Below are positions 56,101-64,000 of a stretch of DNA of 64,000 nt, in pieces. Each line of letters opens with the position of its first letter. Position 1 is the first letter of the stretch. Origin of the DNA: a virus. The notes under the pieces were generated by a model. The model worked only from the letters and a program-made list of their open reading frames with translations, did no database searches and was not told the DNA's origin. The translations under genes and the position numbers were made by a program. The stretch lies in IMG/VR virus record IMGVR_UViG_3300017917_001030, positions 66,603 through 130,602 of that record. The stretch is one strand, 5' to 3'.

Positions 56101-58697
56101 ACTTTACTCCTAGCTCAACCCCTCTGAGTGCTATACCAAAAACCGTATTTTTGTCTGCACAGAGTAACAACTTAAAAGATAACTCTTCCAATAATGCAAC
56201 AATTACGAAAGTGGGTACTGCACCTAGCATTCAAAAATTTAGTCCATTTGCAGGGACTACATTACCCACCCCATATTACAGTACGTACCTCAACGGTAGC
56301 AGTGATTATTTGACTACTCCGAGTTTCTCATTGACCCTTGCAACATGGACTATGGAATTCTGGTTGTATACTACCAGCACGACACAGTATCAAACATTTG
56401 TTCATAGGGGAAACGGTGCAGCATGGGGTGTCACTTCTATTTTTGATTTATATATGAGTGGCACTACAACAGGTACATTAGTGCTATTAAACGGTACAGG
56501 CGGAACATATCTCAATGGAACGACTCAAATTAATAACGGTGTCTGGCACCACGTAGCTGTAACTTACGACGGTACAAACTACCGACTTTTTGTAGATGGA
56601 AAACTTGATGCTTACCAAGCTGGATCGGCAATGAGTACAGCGTCATATCTGTTCTACATAGGTTACGATCCTAGAAACGCTAGATATACTAGTGGTTATA
56701 TTAGTAATTTTAGATTTGTTGACGGCAGTGTTGTTTACCCAACTGGTAGCACTACTACAGGTTCAACAATATTCACACCGCCAACTACACCGTTAACAGC
56801 AATAACAAACACAAGTTTGTTAACATGCCAGTCAAATACATTTATTGATAACAGTACAAACAACTTTACAATTACCGCGGCAACTACTACAGTAAAACCA
56901 ACAACATTCAATCCATTCACAGTAAGTTATTCTACAGGTCAGAGTTACACACCTGCAGTCTATGGTGGCAGTATGTATTTTGATGGCACAGGGGATTATT
57001 TGGGTGTAACCGTACCTTCTTTTGGCTCCGGGGATTTTACTATTGAAGGCTGGACATATAATACAGGATCAGTTGTCAATAACGGAGTTTTTCATTTAGC
57101 TACCTCTGGTTTTCCTTCTGCTATTACTGGTCTTGCGCTAGCTTATTTTACAACCGGCGGAGGATGGAATCTTTATTATGCAAACGGTAGCCAATCAAAT
57201 GCAGGAACAAACCCAGTTGCAAATACTTGGTACCACTTTGCCGTAGTTAGAAGCGGAAATTCTCTAAAATTATACATTAACGGAATTAGCACCGTCTCGG
57301 TAACAGATAGCACAAACTATTCACTAACATCTATGAATATAGGTGGTTATTATTCTACATCTTACCTGATGACCGGTTACATTAGTGATTTTAGAATAAT
57401 TAGAGGACAAGCACTATACACCTCAAACTTTGTACCACAAAACACGCCACTACAAGCAGTTAGAAATACAACGCTGCTATTGAACGGCACATCTGATAGT
57501 ATATCTGATGCTAGTAGCATGGTGAATTTTGAAACAGTGGGTGACACAAAGGTAGATAACCTTGGTCCTTATAGTGGAAGTTATTACAGTGGGTATTCTA
57601 CAGGTGCAAGCGGAGTGTATCTTACTGCACCGTCTGCTGCGTGGACAACCTTAGCAGGAACATTTACTGTAGAGTTTTGGATAAACTGGTTAGTCGCACC
57701 GGGAGCTACCAGCGGCTCATTTATGGGTGTACAAAGTAACGGTGGTTGGACTTTATATGCTGACGGTACTAGAATTTCTCCAAATGTATACGGTACTGGT
57801 AACATTTTCAACTCAACTTTTACACAATCTTCTATTGTTGCTGGCAGATGGTATCATATAGCAGTCACACGCAACAGTTCTAATTTAATGACAATGTGGG
57901 TTGATGGTGTTTCAGTTGGATCTGCTACAACATCTACCACCTACACACAAGGTGCATGGGCTATATTCAGTCCCGGAAACGTCGGTTTATTAAACGGCTA
58001 CATCAGCAATCATAGAGTTACAAATACTTGCTTGTATACAACAACATTCACACCACCTACAACACCATTGACAGCCGTATCAGGTACTAGTTTGCTAACC
58101 TGTCAATCAAACAGATTTATTGATAATAGTACAAACAATTTTACTATTACAGTTAACGGTGTCACAAAAGTAGCAACACAAAACCCATTCCGCAATAATA
58201 GTGATTATTCTATGTATTTTGACGGAACGGGGGATTATTTAACAACACCTGCGTCTCCGAATTTGGCGTTTGCCTTAGGTGATTTTACTGTTGAATTATG
58301 GGCATTACATTTAGATTCCGGCGCTTACTCTGGTTATTTCTGGGGTAACAGTTCGGGGTTTGTACTAAGACGCACTAACGCAAACAAATTAGAAGTTTCG
58401 CAAGATAGCGTAGCAAGCATTCTTGTTTCAACTGCAACAATTCCAGTGGGTCAGTGGGTTCATATTGCCGTAACACGAAGTGGAACAACTTTTAGATTGT
58501 TTATAAATGGTACCTTAGATAGTAGTGTAACTTCTTCTGCTAACTTTGTATCTACAGGTGCAGCAACTATAGGTTCAATTTCAAATACTGCTGGTTATTA
58601 TATGAATGGTTACATCAGCGATATGAGAATTACAAAGGGTGTCGCACGATATACAACAACCTTCACCCCACCAACTACACCATTCCTGGGTAAATAA
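53187..58697 (+). CDS. Multi-LamG, Ig-like fibre or receptor-binding protein, 1836 aa
   Basis: Ig-like N-terminal domains then about seven YFDGTGDYL...FTxExW...W.H.AV...FTPPTTPL..TSLLTCQSN repeats. Confidence 0.85.
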   Translation: MAFKTSGANIVRKSSTRASGVAAYAEATNEFVLLGRSVEVQDVSIKKTSVVSGTDLSKTNLGGPAITSLVITDSSYNALDDTAVLPAGGYAKVIGTGFQSGAVIYLNGSALTTTFISSTELRIVIPATSLGTYSLMLFNPDNTGAIYLNLVTSEAPSWITNAGNVAAYIETTNISANVRANTANNDSITYSLVSGSLPSGATLYANGLIAGTAPAEANSTTYSFVINANDTQNQNVTRSFSMTINTDVVTWSSPADGTIYTIANSTAISNVTLAATNLAGGNIVYTANTLPGGVSLTNNVLFGTPANAYATSTLLTANATTTGRTSTRTIHWSIQLPGDEFFKYVTTLLSASNSANTFVKDSSITSANVVISGDTKPFNFNPYTPGYYSNYFDGTGDFLSTPTGPAAFDFSSTKDLTFECWVNLTTSGLYCLFDIQECQPFRFIYNSGTFQWQATSSGGTILSYAYTLTPGRWYHVAFVRSADTLYLFVDGALLTTASYTSNWVASATGAVRVGCNRGDTWFVNGYMSSVRLVKGTALYTSAFTPSISPLTAVSGTSLLTCQSNRFLDTSSNNFTITNNGDTKVSSITPYTPSSSYSTYGSTYFDGTGDYLSWSGTSIAGDFTAEAWVYPTANDASGYCVLYGSSAANNQLYYNASTGAVGLVLNATTVISATGAAVKLNAWNHIAFVRSGSTCTIYVNGASAATGTNSSTFNLGFLGTYAYTSFGYEVNGYVTDARIVNGTAVYTGAFTPPTSPLTAVTNTVLLTCQGNQPVANNTFLDNSTNNSSITRSGNTTQGNFSPYGEGWSISNDATGFIYGGTQTTWGLGAFTLEGWFNFNSFTASTYIMGFGTNAGGQTPYLDVSITGTGTAITVELYSTVTSQWIFNAPFTFNKGQWYHIAAVSNGTTVTVYVDGQSKTTTLQQGTFPGTYNPSMNPWAGGILYGSGGTRTDGLNGYFSNCRYVIGTAVYTSNFTPSSTPLSAIPKTVFLSAQSNNLKDNSSNNATITKVGTAPSIQKFSPFAGTTLPTPYYSTYLNGSSDYLTTPSFSLTLATWTMEFWLYTTSTTQYQTFVHRGNGAAWGVTSIFDLYMSGTTTGTLVLLNGTGGTYLNGTTQINNGVWHHVAVTYDGTNYRLFVDGKLDAYQAGSAMSTASYLFYIGYDPRNARYTSGYISNFRFVDGSVVYPTGSTTTGSTIFTPPTTPLTAITNTSLLTCQSNTFIDNSTNNFTITAATTTVKPTTFNPFTVSYSTGQSYTPAVYGGSMYFDGTGDYLGVTVPSFGSGDFTIEGWTYNTGSVVNNGVFHLATSGFPSAITGLALAYFTTGGGWNLYYANGSQSNAGTNPVANTWYHFAVVRSGNSLKLYINGISTVSVTDSTNYSLTSMNIGGYYSTSYLMTGYISDFRIIRGQALYTSNFVPQNTPLQAVRNTTLLLNGTSDSISDASSMVNFETVGDTKVDNLGPYSGSYYSGYSTGASGVYLTAPSAAWTTLAGTFTVEFWINWLVAPGATSGSFMGVQSNGGWTLYADGTRISPNVYGTGNIFNSTFTQSSIVAGRWYHIAVTRNSSNLMTMWVDGVSVGSATTSTTYTQGAWAIFSPGNVGLLNGYISNHRVTNTCLYTTTFTPPTTPLTAVSGTSLLTCQSNRFIDNSTNNFTITVNGVTKVATQNPFRNNSDYSMYFDGTGDYLTTPASPNLAFALGDFTVELWALHLDSGAYSGYFWGNSSGFVLRRTNANKLEVSQDSVASILVSTATIPVGQWVHIAVTRSGTTFRLFINGTLDSSVTSSANFVSTGAATIGSISNTAGYYMNGYISDMRITKGVARYTTTFTPPTTPFLGK

Positions 58698-58731
58698 ATA
58701 ATAAGAACAGTATAAAAGGTTTTTATCAAAA

Positions 58732-59463
58732 ATGACACGTAGAATAGACGCCAGTTTAATTAGCGCAAATAACATAAGTAACAGCTTTGTTTTAGCTGCT
58801 TCTGGTGGTCTTACTACCTTTATTTCAATCGCCAATGTTCTTACCGCAGGTGACAATATCACGATTGCAGCTAATGGTAGAATCAGTTCTACAGGAGGCG
58901 GTGGCAGCGGAGGTTCCGGTGTAACGACGGTAAAGGTTGATAGTTTTGTTGCTAATGGATCACAGACAAGTTTTGTACTAAGTATTGCACCCCAAGCAAA
59001 AGATTATACTTTTGTTAATATTGACGGTGTTGAGCAATTACGATCTGCATATTCGCTTTCTGGTAGTACAATTATATTAAGTGAAGCACCTTCTGCTAAC
59101 GCAAATATTGACGTAACTACATTTTATGCGTTATCGAATACGACTTTGGGTCAGCCTGCATTTGTAACAAGAACATATACCGGCACCGGTTCACAAACTA
59201 ATTTTGCTGTTACATCTAACGTAATAAGTACAGGTATTCTTGTAACAGAAAACGGTATTTTGCAAACTCCAGAAACAGATTATACAGTTTCTGGTAATGT
59301 CCTAACATTCACAACTGCTCCTGCAAGCAATGTAGCTATACAGATTAGAGAACTTGGTACAGTTGTTTCAAACATAACATATAACACGGTTAACACAACT
59401 ATTACTAGTACCGGTTCTTCGAATGCAAGAGTCATGGGTTATAATTTAGTATTTGGTTTATAA
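58732..59463 (+). CDS. Virion structural protein
   Basis: Two G.QT.F...DGVEQ/NGILQ...Y.VSG..L.F..AP repeats. Confidence 0.75.
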   Translation: MTRRIDASLISANNISNSFVLAASGGLTTFISIANVLTAGDNITIAANGRISSTGGGGSGGSGVTTVKVDSFVANGSQTSFVLSIAPQAKDYTFVNIDGVEQLRSAYSLSGSTIILSEAPSANANIDVTTFYALSNTTLGQPAFVTRTYTGTGSQTNFAVTSNVISTGILVTENGILQTPETDYTVSGNVLTFTTAPASNVAIQIRELGTVVSNITYNTVNTTITSTGSSNARVMGYNLVFGL

Positions 59464-59478
59464 AACCTAGGAGATAAA

Positions 59479-59850
59479 ATGGCGGCCCCAAATTTAATCG
59501 GCGCAACTACTATAATTGGCAAGTCTGCAGGCGCTAACCTGACGTCCAACACCGCAGTAACTATATTGAGCAATGCTGCAAGTAGTAATAAATTATTTAA
59601 AATTAATACATTGAACGTAGCAAACTATAGTTCTTCAGCAGCATCTATAACAATAAGATTTCATGATGCCGCAAGTTTAGGTGGCAATGGATTTCCTATT
59701 GTCGGCGGAGTAAGTGTACCTGGTAATAGTACTTTAAACGTTATAGATAAAACGAGCCAATATTATTTAGAAGAGAATGAAAGTTTGGGTGCGATTGCAG
59801 GGACGGCAAACGTATTGGTTGTTACTTGTAGTTATGAGGATATTAGCTAA
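59479..59850 (+). CDS. Small virion structural protein
   Basis: AGGAG ribosome-binding site; MAAPNL...YYLEEN...SYEDIS. Confidence 0.75.
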   Translation: MAAPNLIGATTIIGKSAGANLTSNTAVTILSNAASSNKLFKINTLNVANYSSSAASITIRFHDAASLGGNGFPIVGGVSVPGNSTLNVIDKTSQYYLEENESLGAIAGTANVLVVTCSYEDIS

Positions 59851-60764
59851 TGGTTAAACGATATGCAGGCGGTGTGATTTCCGCAACAGCCCCTAGTATA
59901 TCCTTAAGCTCTGCATCTGGTATGTGGAGTCCCGTTGCTGCTATGCAAAATAAAATTTCTTGGCCGGGTAATGGTATACCTATAGAATATCTCTTAATCG
60001 GTGGAGGTGGCTCTGGGGGTGGAGATGTTGGCGGCGGCGGCGCAGGGTCTCAGGTACTTGCGGCATCTGCTATTGCAACCACCGGAAATATTTCTATAAC
60101 CATTGGCGCCGGTGGTGCTGCGGGCGCAGCAACAGGATACGGTTTAAAAGGTAGTAATTCTTCAATAACTGGAACTGCTATTACTAACTCGTTTACAGCG
60201 ATCGGTGGCTCTGGCGGGCAGGGTAGAACTTCAGGCGGAGCGTATGCAGGTGGTGTTGGATACAACGGTGGCGGTGGCTCATATGATTATTTAACAAGTT
60301 CAGCCTACAGCGGAGGATTCGCCGGTGGTTCAAGTACAGGCAGTGGATCTTCTTTAGGTTGTGGTGGTGGTGCTGGTGCTAGCAACGTGGGTGTATCTGG
60401 TACAACTACAGCTGGCGGTAATGGTGGACCTGGCATTTTTAGTACCATTACATTATCAAATGTTTCTTATGGTGGCGGTGGTGGCGGTTCTCAATATACC
60501 GGTGGTACGTTTGGTTCCGGCGTAGATGGGGGCGGAAATGCTAACAGCCCTTCGGGTAATGCCGGCGTATCTAATAGAGGCGGCGGTGGCGGTGGCGGAG
60601 CAACCGGTTTAGGTGGAGGCGGCGCGGGCGGCTCTGGATTTGCAGTTATTCGCTATCCAGATTCTTTCCCGGCCGCAACAAGTACTACCGGTTCACCCAA
60701 CGTTGTTGTAAGTGGTGGATATAGAATATATCAATTTACAGGCTCAGGTACATTAACTTTCTAA
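59850..60764 (+). CDS. Glycine-rich adhesin-like protein 1
   Basis: EYLLIGGGGSGG...GGSG.AVIRYPD...YRIYQFTGSGTLTF. Confidence 0.8.
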   Translation: MVKRYAGGVISATAPSISLSSASGMWSPVAAMQNKISWPGNGIPIEYLLIGGGGSGGGDVGGGGAGSQVLAASAIATTGNISITIGAGGAAGAATGYGLKGSNSSITGTAITNSFTAIGGSGGQGRTSGGAYAGGVGYNGGGGSYDYLTSSAYSGGFAGGSSTGSGSSLGCGGGAGASNVGVSGTTTAGGNGGPGIFSTITLSNVSYGGGGGGSQYTGGTFGSGVDGGGNANSPSGNAGVSNRGGGGGGGATGLGGGGAGGSGFAVIRYPDSFPAATSTTGSPNVVVSGGYRIYQFTGSGTLTF

Positions 60765-60771
60765 TATAACT

Positions 60772-61638
60772 ATGAATATCGGACCAGGAATTACAATCGG
60801 CGGGGGAATAAATCTAATTCCTATTTTTGGTGATGCTACGGCACCTACTAGCGTTGAATATCTTGTTGTCGCTGGCGGCGGCTCGGGAGGAGGCAGTGCA
60901 AATAGTGGAGGTATGGGAGGTGGTGGAGCAGGCGGTTATAGAACAGGTAATTTAAGTGTTTCAACTAGCATCGCCTATACAGTTACAGTTGGTTCCGGCG
61001 GCGCAGGCGGCGTGGCATCAGGTAACAACGGAGGGGATTCTGTATTTTCTTCAATAACTTCTACCGGAGGCGGTCAAGGTGCTGGCTCAGGTACTGGTAG
61101 TAATGGAGGATCTGGTGGAGGCTCGGCATACAACTCATCATCATTTGGAACCGGTACTGCTGGCCAAGGTAACAATGGCGGCGGTGGTAGCAACAGTAAT
61201 CCTTATCCTGGCGGAGGCGGTGGAGGAGCCGGTGCTGCAGGCGCAGCTGGTTCAGGATCTACAGGGGGTAACGGAGGTATAGGATTGCAATCTAGTATTT
61301 CTGGTACTGCTACGTATTATGCAGGAGGCGGTGGCGGAGGTGTCAGACCAGGCGGCAGTAGTGTAGCAGGAACTGGTGGCATGGGAGGCGGTGGTGCAGG
61401 ATCGGTTATTAGTGATACCCCAGGAACTGCCGGAACTGCAAACACTGGTGGCGGTGGCGGCGGAGGTAACCAGGTTGGTGCGACTGTTGTGGGTGCTAAC
61501 GGTGGTTCTGGTATAGTAATTATTCGTTACCCTGATACATATTTGGCAGCAACATCTACAACAGGTAGCCCCACAATTACCGTTGCTAATGGTTATAGAG
61601 TGTATCAATTCACCGGCTCCGGCTCAATAACTTTCTAA
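60772..61638 (+). CDS. Glycine-rich adhesin-like protein 2
   Basis: Paralog with the same polyglycine scaffold and C-terminus. Confidence 0.8.
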   Translation: MNIGPGITIGGGINLIPIFGDATAPTSVEYLVVAGGGSGGGSANSGGMGGGGAGGYRTGNLSVSTSIAYTVTVGSGGAGGVASGNNGGDSVFSSITSTGGGQGAGSGTGSNGGSGGGSAYNSSSFGTGTAGQGNNGGGGSNSNPYPGGGGGGAGAAGAAGSGSTGGNGGIGLQSSISGTATYYAGGGGGGVRPGGSSVAGTGGMGGGGAGSVISDTPGTAGTANTGGGGGGGNQVGATVVGANGGSGIVIIRYPDTYLAATSTTGSPTITVANGYRVYQFTGSGSITF

Positions 61639-61644
61639 TAAAAT

Positions 61645-62541
61645 ATGGAAATAGGGCAAGGAATTCTTTTTGGCGGTGGCATACTTATTGCTGCAGAACC
61701 TTCGGTTCTTCCTTCTGCATCTGCAGTCGATTATTTAATTGTTGCAGGTGGCGGTGGTGGTGGCAGAGGATTTGAAGGTGGCGGTGGCGGTGGTGGTGCC
61801 GGCGGTTTTAGAACTGCTACATCTATGTCTGTAACAGCAGGAACTTCCTATCCAATAACAGTGGGTGCAGGTGGACCAACGGGCCCAGGGGCTGCTGGTG
61901 GTAGTAATTATATTTTTTATGTTGGTGTCAACGGTAACGATTCGAGTTTTAATTCAATAACATCGCTCGGTGGTGGCGGTGGTGGTGGTAAAAGCGGAAA
62001 TGGCAATGCGGGTGGCTCTGGCGGTGGCGGCGGTGGCCGAGGCGGATATGCAGGTGCTGGCACCGCGGGCCAGGGTAACGATGGTGGCAGAGCTAACGAA
62101 TTCTTAGGTGGGGGTGGCGGCGGGGCGGGCGCAGTTGGTGTACAGCCTGCAGGCTCTAACAGAGATAGCGGCGGTGCCGGCGGCGCAGGATCTGCATCTA
62201 GTATTTCCGGAACAATTACATATTATGCAGGCGGCGGTGGCGGTGGAACAAATACAGATCAAGCAGTCACCGCAGCAGCCGGTGGTATAGGCGGTGGCGG
62301 TAATGGTGCCGGATGGCCTGCAAGCGATGGCGGTCCAGGTACTGCAAACACCGGTGGTGGTGGCGGCGGCGGAGGACAATATGGTGCTGAATATGCTGGC
62401 GGATCAGGCGGTTCTGGTATTGTTATAGTTAGATACCCCGATACATATGCAGCAGCAACTACCACAGGTAGCCCCACAATTACTGTTGCGGGTGGTTATA
62501 GAGTATATCAATTTACGGGCTCTGGCTCGATAACGTTTTAA
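61645..62541 (+). CDS. Glycine-rich adhesin-like protein 3
   Basis: Paralog with the same scaffold. Confidence 0.8.
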   Translation: MEIGQGILFGGGILIAAEPSVLPSASAVDYLIVAGGGGGGRGFEGGGGGGGAGGFRTATSMSVTAGTSYPITVGAGGPTGPGAAGGSNYIFYVGVNGNDSSFNSITSLGGGGGGGKSGNGNAGGSGGGGGGRGGYAGAGTAGQGNDGGRANEFLGGGGGGAGAVGVQPAGSNRDSGGAGGAGSASSISGTITYYAGGGGGGTNTDQAVTAAAGGIGGGGNGAGWPASDGGPGTANTGGGGGGGGQYGAEYAGGSGGSGIVIVRYPDTYAAATTTGSPTITVAGGYRVYQFTGSGSITF

Positions 62542-62552
62542 TTAAAATTATG
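62510..62552 (+). repeat. 43-nt exact direct repeat at a gene junction (second copy at 63376-63418)
   Basis: AATTTACGGGCTCTGGCTCGATAACGTTTTAATTAAAATTATG occurs at both positions. Confidence 0.9.
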
Positions 62553-63407
62553 AATATTGGCCCAGGTATTAGGTTTGGCAAAGGCATATCAATTAGCGCT
62601 CGTGTTTCTGCGGGTCCTACCTCAACGATCGACTATCTAGTAGTCGCAGGCGGCGGGGGCGGTGGTGATAGACACGGCGGCGGTGGCGGCGCTGGCGGAT
62701 ACAGAGCATTTACAGGTGTAGCGGTTTCCACAAGTACCGCATATACTATTACTATTGGTAGCGGCGGTACTGCCGGAAATTACGAAGCAAGTAGCGGCCA
62801 AGGTGGCCAAGGTGGTACTAGTTCGTTGATAGGTGGCGCAATATCTACATCCTCTAACGGTGGCGGCGGAGGCGGAACATATACTGCAGGTGTCCCATCT
62901 GGAACATTTGGTTCAGGTGGTGGTGGCGGTGGTAATGGTCAAGCAGGAGCTGCAGGTACAGCAGGGCAAGGTAACTCCGGTGGTTCTGGTCAAAACCCTG
63001 GTGGTGGAGGTGGCGGCGGCGCCGGCGCAGCTGGCGGCAATGCCAATAACGGTTCAGGTGGTAATGGATTGCAGTGGTTAGACGGAAATTACTATGCCGG
63101 CGGTGGCGGTGGTGCTTGGAGTACAAGTACTGGCCCAGCTACACCGGGCGGTTTAGGTGGCGGTGGTAACGGTGATTGGGACGATGCTAATATTACTGCT
63201 GGTACAGCAAATACCGGTGGCGGTGGTGGAGCAACAAGATCTAATAATACTGCTACTATTGGTAGAGCAGGTGGTTCTGGTGTTGTAATTATTCGTTACC
63301 CTGATACATATTTAGAAGCAACATCTACAACAGGTAGTCCAACAGTAACAACATCTGGTGGATATAGATATTATAAATTTACGGGCTCTGGCTCGATAAC
63401 GTTTTAA
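62550..63407 (+). CDS. Glycine-rich adhesin-like protein 4
   Basis: Paralog with the same scaffold. Confidence 0.8.
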   Translation: MNIGPGIRFGKGISISARVSAGPTSTIDYLVVAGGGGGGDRHGGGGGAGGYRAFTGVAVSTSTAYTITIGSGGTAGNYEASSGQGGQGGTSSLIGGAISTSSNGGGGGGTYTAGVPSGTFGSGGGGGGNGQAGAAGTAGQGNSGGSGQNPGGGGGGGAGAAGGNANNGSGGNGLQWLDGNYYAGGGGGAWSTSTGPATPGGLGGGGNGDWDDANITAGTANTGGGGGATRSNNTATIGRAGGSGVVIIRYPDTYLEATSTTGSPTVTTSGGYRYYKFTGSGSITF

Positions 63408-63415
63408 TTAAAATT

Positions 63416-64000
63416 ATGGAAATAGGACCAGGTATTTATTTTGGACGAGGTGTATATATTGCGCCAGAAATAGTTGTGGTACCGTCTGGCCAACAAGCAT
63501 ATACTACTGCTGGAACTTATACATGGGTCGCTCCTAATAACGTTACAAGTGTTTGTGTAGTATGCGTTGGTGGTGGCGGTAGTAGTGAACTGGGTGGCTG
63601 GCAAACCGGCGGCGGTGGTGGTGGATTGGGCTGGAAAAACAATATTGCCGTTACCCCTGGTCAAAGTTATACCGTAGTTGTTGGAGGTGGTGGAGTCAGA
63701 GGCGGTGGCGGACAAAGTTATTTCATTGATAATTCTACTGTAGCTGGTTTTGGTGGGAGTGTTGGTACTTCTTCAACAGGTGTGGTGACTAGCGGCGGCG
63801 GTTATGTAGGCACAGGGGGTGGCAATGGCGGCAATTCGGCACAACAAAACTCAAACTATAGAGGCGGCGGCGGCGCTGGTGGTTATTCCGGAAACGGAGG
63901 AAACAACGATGCTGCAGGAAGCGGTGGAGGCGGCGGCGGTGGAACTTCTGGCGGCAGCGGCAGAGCAGGTGGTGGCGGTGGCGTAGGTATATTAGGACAA
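63416..64000 (+). CDS. Glycine-rich adhesin-like protein 5, truncated by the window end
   Basis: MEIGPGIYFGRG...GQQAYTTAGTYTWVAPNNVTSVCVVCVGGGG...GVGILGQ; frame open to 64000. Confidence 0.8.
   Translation, partial: MEIGPGIYFGRGVYIAPEIVVVPSGQQAYTTAGTYTWVAPNNVTSVCVVCVGGGGSSELGGWQTGGGGGGLGWKNNIAVTPGQSYTVVVGGGGVRGGGGQSYFIDNSTVAGFGGSVGTSSTGVVTSGGGYVGTGGGNGGNSAQQNSNYRGGGGAGGYSGNGGNNDAAGSGGGGGGGTSGGSGRAGGGGGVGILGQ

Noticed and set aside
48202-64000. Diversity-generating retroelement acting on the adhesin genes
   Set aside because: No reverse transcriptase and no adenine-specific template/variable repeat pair is visible in this window

Overview
64 kb segment of a large, AT-rich T4-like dsDNA phage genome; every credible gene is on the + strand. 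1-5.1 kb: replication and recombination genes (C-terminal part of gp43 DNA polymerase, UvsX, a gp40-like gene, gp41 helicase). 5.1-8.5 kb: small accessory genes, several with near-consensus sigma70 promoters. 8.5-18.1 kb: an array of 33 tRNA genes covering all 20 amino acids. It is interleaved with several structured non-tRNA spacers and with GroES, a metallophosphoesterase, a YkuK-like RNase H-fold protein, a DUF2828/TROVE(Ro60)-like vWA protein, rubrerythrin, rubredoxin and an SGNH hydrolase, and is followed by RNA polymerase omega. 19.4-28 kb: late-promoter genes, several with T4-like capsid-targeting N-termini. 28-64 kb: giant repetitive fibre proteins, LamG-domain proteins and a tandem array of glycine-rich adhesin-like genes. 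Two candidates for undescribed systems stand out. (1) A 38-codon leader ORF containing all 20 amino acids is coupled to a terminator/antiterminator switch just upstream of the tRNA array, which suggests a pan-tRNA-sensing attenuator. (2) Six RNAs share a covarying closing stem plus a CAGCAR motif but carry variable cargo, two of them circularly permuted tRNA mimics; the last two copies sit directly upstream of the Ro60-like gene. All calls come from reading the sequence by eye; no searches or folding programs were run.
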